From Candidatus Micrarchaeota archaeon (lineage in GTDB: Archaea > Micrarchaeota > Micrarchaeia > Micrarchaeales > CABMGC01), in the NCBI GenBank assembly GCA_028867435.1, contig JAGWGI010000004.1:1-63163 (forward strand): a stretch of DNA of 63,163 nt, written 5' to 3'. Positions 61,642-63,163 of this stretch are shown piece after piece. The translations under genes were made by a program, and so were the position numbers. The notes below the pieces were generated by a model, which had not been told where the DNA came from, ran no database searches, and saw nothing but the letters and a program-made list of their open reading frames with translations. Numbering within the stretch: position 1 is the stretch's first letter; the number at the start of each line of letters is the position of its first letter.

Positions 61642-62946
61642 TTACATTTTAGGCATAAATTTCGAAAGCTTCCTTTTCATGTCCCTGTCGTTCTGTAGTG
61701 CTCCCATCATCTTTTTCATGTTAGCAAAATCCTTCAAGAGTTCCCTGACATCTTTCTCTGTTGTCCCGCTCCCGGCTGCAACCCTCCTCATCCTCTTCTG
61801 GTCGTGTATCAACTTGTCATCTAGCCTCTCCTCCCTTGTCATGGACCCTATTATCGACTTGTACTTCCTCAGCTTTCCCTCGCTCTGCTCCAGGGCTTCT
61901 TTTGGCACATCGGCCATCCCCATCATGCCTAGCATGTTCTTTATCGGGCCCATCTTTGACATCGCCTTGAGCTGGGTGTAGAACGCGTCGAAGTTGAGCT
62001 TTGTTACCTCCATCTCCTCTGGCTTAAGGTTTGCCTCCTTTACCGCTTCCTGCACGTGAGTTATCAGGGATTCGATGTCAGGTATGCCTAGCAGCCTGCC
62101 CACGAATTTCTTGGAATCGTAGAGCTCGATGTTGCCGAGCTTCTCGCCAACTCCGGTGAATGTTATGTTGACTTTTGCTGCGTTTACCGCGCTCAGGGCT
62201 CCACCTCCCTTTCCCGAGCCGTCCAGCTTTGTGACTATGACTCCAGTGAGCCCTACTGCCGAGTCGAACTCTCTCGCCTGCTTGCCGGCGACCTGCCCTA
62301 TGTCCGCGCTTATTACAAGCATCCTCTCATCAGGCTTCACCTCGTCGTTTATCTCCTTTAGCTCAGCTATTAGCTCCCTGTCAAGCGCGTTCCTACCGCT
62401 GGAGTCGAATATCACTACCTTCTTGTCCTTGAGTGCCAAAAGCCCTTCTTTCACTATCCTCCTAACACTTTTCTCCCCCTTAATCCCGAAGAATCCGACC
62501 CCCGCCTGTTTTGCGAGAGTCTCAAGCTGCTCGTACGCCGCAGGCCTTGCCACGTCGCAGCAAACCAGCCCTGCACTCAGCCTCCTGTCCTGGTAGAACT
62601 TGGCGAGCTTAGCTGAAGTGGTGGTTTTCCCTGAGCCGTAAAGTCCAAGAAGAAGTATCCTCTTGGGCCTAAGCTCTGGTTCGAACTTCTTGCCCATAAG
62701 CTTGACAAGCTCCTCGTAGACCAGGTTTGTTATGTAGTCCTTCGGACTCACGTCGGTAGGTAGCTTGGATTTGAGCGCAGCATCCTCTATCTTTCTAGTA
62801 AGGGTCAGCACAAGGCCAACCTCAACGTCGCTACTAAGCAGCGCCTTTTGCAGCTCCTTGTTGAATTCCCTTATTGTCTTCGAGTCTATTATAGTCGCTC
62901 CGCTAAGCCTTGCGATCGCCTTCCTCAAGCCCTCTCCTAAATCCAT
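61642..62946 (-). CDS. srp54: Signal recognition particle protein SRP54
   Basis: GLYGSGKTTT, RPAAYEQL, TKLDGSGKGGGALS, M domain SMTREER..RVAAGSG. Confidence 0.97.
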   Translation of the reverse strand: MDLGEGLRKAIARLSGATIIDSKTIREFNKELQKALLSSDVEVGLVLTLTRKIEDAALKSKLPTDVSPKDYITNLVYEELVKLMGKKFEPELRPKRILLLGLYGSGKTTTSAKLAKFYQDRRLSAGLVCCDVARPAAYEQLETLAKQAGVGFFGIKGEKSVRRIVKEGLLALKDKKVVIFDSSGRNALDRELIAELKEINDEVKPDERMLVISADIGQVAGKQAREFDSAVGLTGVIVTKLDGSGKGGGALSAVNAAKVNITFTGVGEKLGNIELYDSKKFVGRLLGIPDIESLITHVQEAVKEANLKPEEMEVTKLNFDAFYTQLKAMSKMGPIKNMLGMMGMADVPKEALEQSEGKLRKYKSIIGSMTREERLDDKLIHDQKRMRRVAAGSGTTEKDVRELLKDFANMKKMMGALQNDRDMKRKLSKFMPKM

Positions 62947-63017
62947 TATAGCACCGAAAAGAAGCAATACCATATTGGAATCTTAGGAATATATAATTAC
63001 GCTTGAAGGCGTCATGC

Positions 63018-63163
63018 GGCACTGTACCACAATACGAATGATACTAACGTCAAACAGAAATTGATGTGTTCCGTTGCTTGTTTTATCAGGAATTTCCATC
63101 TGTCGGTTTCATATTTTTCACCGTTATACTCGATAAGTCCTGCCTTCTCTGCAGGAGTCATGC
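63018..63163 (-). mobile_element. IS6-family-like element: terminal IR and transposase C-terminus (runs off the window)
   Basis: GGCACTGT terminus as in IS26/IS6 IRs; reverse strand is open: MTPAEKAGLIEYNGEKYETDRWKFLIKQA... Confidence 0.78.

Noticed and set aside
61562-61981. 139-aa ORF on the + strand and the many other antisense ORFs in the track
   Set aside because: They lie opposite well-supported genes and have shadow-type composition with no motifs

Overview
Archaeal chromosomal window, gene-dense and mostly housekeeping. It carries the split RNA polymerase operon rpoH-B''-B'-A'-A'', pheST, alaS, cysS, FEN1, RFC-L, aIF-2beta, aIF-1A, S8e, SRP54, thyX/glyA/tmk and carS. Gene content and many lineage-specific ORFans suggest a DPANN archaeon, probably Micrarchaeota-like (inference; not testable here). 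RNA genes read by eye: tRNA-Glu(CTC), intron-containing tRNA-Ser(TGA), tRNA-Ala(GGC), SRP RNA and a textbook box C/D sRNA. Accessory content: the start of an IS110 recombinase at the left edge, two IS6-like ends, an AT-rich islet at tRNA-Glu with hicB and a frameshifted hicA, a type IV pilus (Tad-like) cluster with about seven prepilin-like genes, and a radical SAM/SPASM remnant by tRNA-Ala. The best novel candidate is the 40-nt tRNA-Ser intron, which holds a D-box/C-box motif and a guide that by the N+5 rule points exactly at U34 of its own precursor. Also notable are a NUDIX gene split at four overlapping -1 slippery heptamers and two unannotated highly basic microproteins. Product calls come from motif recognition only; no database search was run. 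Some start codons were moved from the ORF track to the more plausible downstream ATG.
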